Positions 61,417 to 64,000 of a stretch of DNA of 64,000 bases are shown piece after piece (within the stretch, counting starts at the first letter, position 1; each line of letters opens with the position of its first letter). Under the pieces are notes generated by a model, which saw nothing but the letters and a program-made list of their open reading frames with translations, had not been told where the DNA came from and ran no database searches. Where the stretch lies: the NCBI RefSeq assembly GCF_032191835.1, contig NC_083237.1, positions 11,470,001-11,534,000 of the forward strand, read 5' to 3'. Made by a program: the position numbers and the translations under genes. This DNA comes from Heteronotia binoei. Its lineage: Eukaryota.

Positions 61417-61924
61417 TAATGGTGTATGCCATGACAAGGGCTTTTTTTTTGGGGGGGGGGGGAACATGGTGGAACAAGGTTCCAGAACTTCTTTGTAGAA
61501 ACAAAATTCTCAAAAATTGTTTAAAAGTTCATAATGGGTACCCATGTGTTTCGCCTTCATTTCCCTCTTGAGAGTTCTGGTACCTCTTTTTCCAGAAAAA
61601 AAATCCTTGACATGACTATGACTATAGCCAGATCCTTGCCGGTACCCTTTGCAGTGTTCTGCTGAATACTTGGCAATTGTTTCCCTCAAAGTTCTGCCCT
61701 AAACAACATCATCGCTGATGGATCTGATGGTATAGCTAATGGTCCTCTGTTCACTTTAAACAAAGATGCAAAATTCTGTTCTGTACAATATTACATCACC
61801 AATATTAACTAAGAGAATTCACAAGTAAAGGAACTTCAAATGGAGGATCTGGTGTGGACTCCTCTCCACTCCATCAAAATGCTCAAAAATGGAGTTGTTG
61901 ACCATTATGTGTTAATGTCATTAA

Positions 61925-62190
61925 GCTGATTCTGACTTATGACAGCCCTATGAACTAATGACCTCCAAAAAGTCCTATCATTAAAACACGTTGGGTTCTG
62001 CAGACTGAGGGCCGTAGCTTCCTATTTAGTTAATCCATCTCACGGTGGGTTTTCCTCTTTCCCTATTGGCTTGAACCTTTCTGAGCATTTTTCACTTTTT
62101 CAGTGAATTTTGTCTACTCATGACATGATCAAAATACAATGAGTTTGATCATTTTAGCTTGTAGGGAGAACTCAGGCTTGATTTGATCGA
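61925..62190 (-). mobile_element. Old RTE-clade 3' fragment
   Basis: Similar to 14345-14600 (tagggagaactcaggcttgatttgatc). Confidence 0.6.
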
Positions 62191-62734
62191 ATCATGATTA
62201 GTCATTATGTATCAGCTGTATAAGCAGGAGACTGCTTAACAAGATCAGCAAAATGACTCATTATAGTCCTTCTGAATGGCTTTTAGATGTATCAGGTTTG
62301 GATTTCAGTGTTACATACTTACATTTCACCCTGCATGTAAAGATTTTCATAACACCATTGACCAAGCCTTTTTCTTTTTATTTTGCATCCTTTATCAAAA
62401 GTCTGCCAGGTGAGGAGTCAGTACCTTGCATTTAACAAAGAAAGTTCTAATCCTTTAAAGTCTATGTTGAAATAAAATTGTGTTAGTCTTTAATGTGCCA
62501 CTATTAAAAAGAGGGGGGGGGAGGAGGAACTCCAGAAGGCAGCCATATCAGTCTATTCCAACAAAAAAAAATAAGCATTTGTAGTCACAAGCTTCGATTT
62601 TAGCAGAAGTTGTCAAAGATGGAAGCCCGCTCCATCAGATGCCAATTGATGCAATACACAGTCTCCAGAAAAATAACAATGAATCTTTGAGCGTGATTTT
62701 AAAGCATGTCTATAAAGAATCTTTTAAAGAATCT

Positions 62735-63430
62735 TTTTAAAACATATTTTATTAAAATTTTCTACAGCAACAAATAAACTTCTTAGGGTAATCTCATGTT
62801 TTCATACATATAGCCATTAGTTAGAACATTCAGAGAGCTCTCTTTGTTCATAGATAAAAATATATACATCAAAAGTGGCATAACTATCCAATACTATATA
62901 TTGTACATCTAGCAAAGTATTGTAGCGCTGTATCCTGTTCTTTTTGCGTCTTACGTTACTAATGCTTTAACACTTACCATAAATGTAACAATTTTACAAT
63001 ATCTGAGATTTTTTTCTTTGGCAAATAAGGTATTCTAATATAGGGTACCGTACAGTGAAAAATTCTGAGTTCTCTGCTTCCATAATAGGTCTGGTCAGGT
63101 CTGTTAATTTATCCATGATGTAGAGTTGCCAAATCTTTGAGTGCCATTGTGTAAGGGTAGGCACCGTGTTTTGTTTCCATTTGGCTGCAATCAAAAATTT
63201 GGTTGCAGACAGTAAGTAAGCTATTCTTTTAGCTTCCAAAGATGTAAGTTTCAAACAGTCTCTGCAATTCAATAGAATAACTTCCCGGAACTAAAGGTAA
63301 GTTAACATTAGTAATAACTCTTATTTTCTCTCTAACTTTCTGCCAATAACTATAGATTTTTGGGCACCACAGTCAGCAGTGCACATAGGTGCCAGCCTAT
63401 TGACAATTCTTCCAGCACAGTGGTGAGACA
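62735..63430 (-). mobile_element. L1 3' fragment
   Basis: YLLSATKFLIAAKWKQ...WQLYIMDKLT. A-rich tail with aataaa near 62750. Confidence 0.75.
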
Positions 63431-63804
63431 TCTCTGTTCACGTATGACAGTTGCCGAATCTTTTAAAAAATCTTTAAGTGTGTGTCTATAAAGTTGTTAA
63501 AAATAGTCAAAGGGACTTCAACAAGTTAGTGAAGCCTAACATTTAGGGAAAATCTAAATGCTTAAAGCTGTTAAATAACTAAACAAGCATGCACCACTAA
63601 TTGGGTCAAAATGTTCTAGGTCTGTGGTCGCATCTTTGATCACAGCTAAACAACATTTTAATTAGATAATCACTGGGACAGAGAATATATCAGGTGAATG
63701 ACCTTGGCTAGGTGGGCCATGTTGCGGCTGTTTACTTCTAGGGTGAAGGGGGTGAATTCATTGAGGGGGAGGATTGGCTAGACAAATATTTCAAATATAA
63801 CTTT

Positions 63805-64000
63805 TCCTTCCTTCCTTCCTTCCTTCCTTCCTTCCTTCCTTCCTTCCTTCCTTCCTTCCTTCCTTCCTTCCTTCCTTCCTTCTTTTTTTTGGGGGGAGGA
63901 GATAATGTATGTGAAAAGTTTTAATAAAGGGAATATATGGTAGAGAGATAAATGATGATGATGATGATGAAGAAGATAGATAGATGATAGATAGATAGAC
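63805..64000. repeat. (TTCC)n, (GAT)n and (GATA)n microsatellites
   Basis: Direct reading. Confidence 0.95.

Overview
Eukaryotic DNA from a squamate reptile, most likely a gecko judging from the SINE/LINE families (recognised from memory, no database search). The window is part of a tandem class II olfactory receptor (OR) cluster, family-6-like, all on the + strand. It holds five complete single-exon ORFs (4256, 16418, 37781, 48045, 60460), one OR running into an assembly gap (24996), one single-stop pseudogene (53518), one 5'-deleted frameshifted pseudogene (~7913) and a stray ~115-bp OR fragment (49278). Intergenic DNA is dense with retroelements (CR1, L2, RTE/BovB, L1, a solo LTR, Squam3-, Sauria- and tRNA-headed SINEs) and hAT/Harbinger MITEs. 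There are three N gaps. Main observations from reading the sequence: (1) a ~100-bp non-coding module with O/E(EBF)-like sites recurs 2.4-3.8 kb upstream of six ORs and is deleted in the paralogous region ahead of the 7.9-kb pseudogene, making it a candidate OR promoter; (2) the OR at 16418 is a three-part mosaic, with promoter, intron plus TM1-5, and TM6-7 plus 3' flank each from a different paralog type; (3) a duplicated unit contains a 2.3-kb inverted block; (4) there is a four-tier nested retroelement stack; (5) an L1 has an inverted 5' half. I found no evidence of a new protein-coding system. TE boundaries are approximate unless a TSD is quoted.
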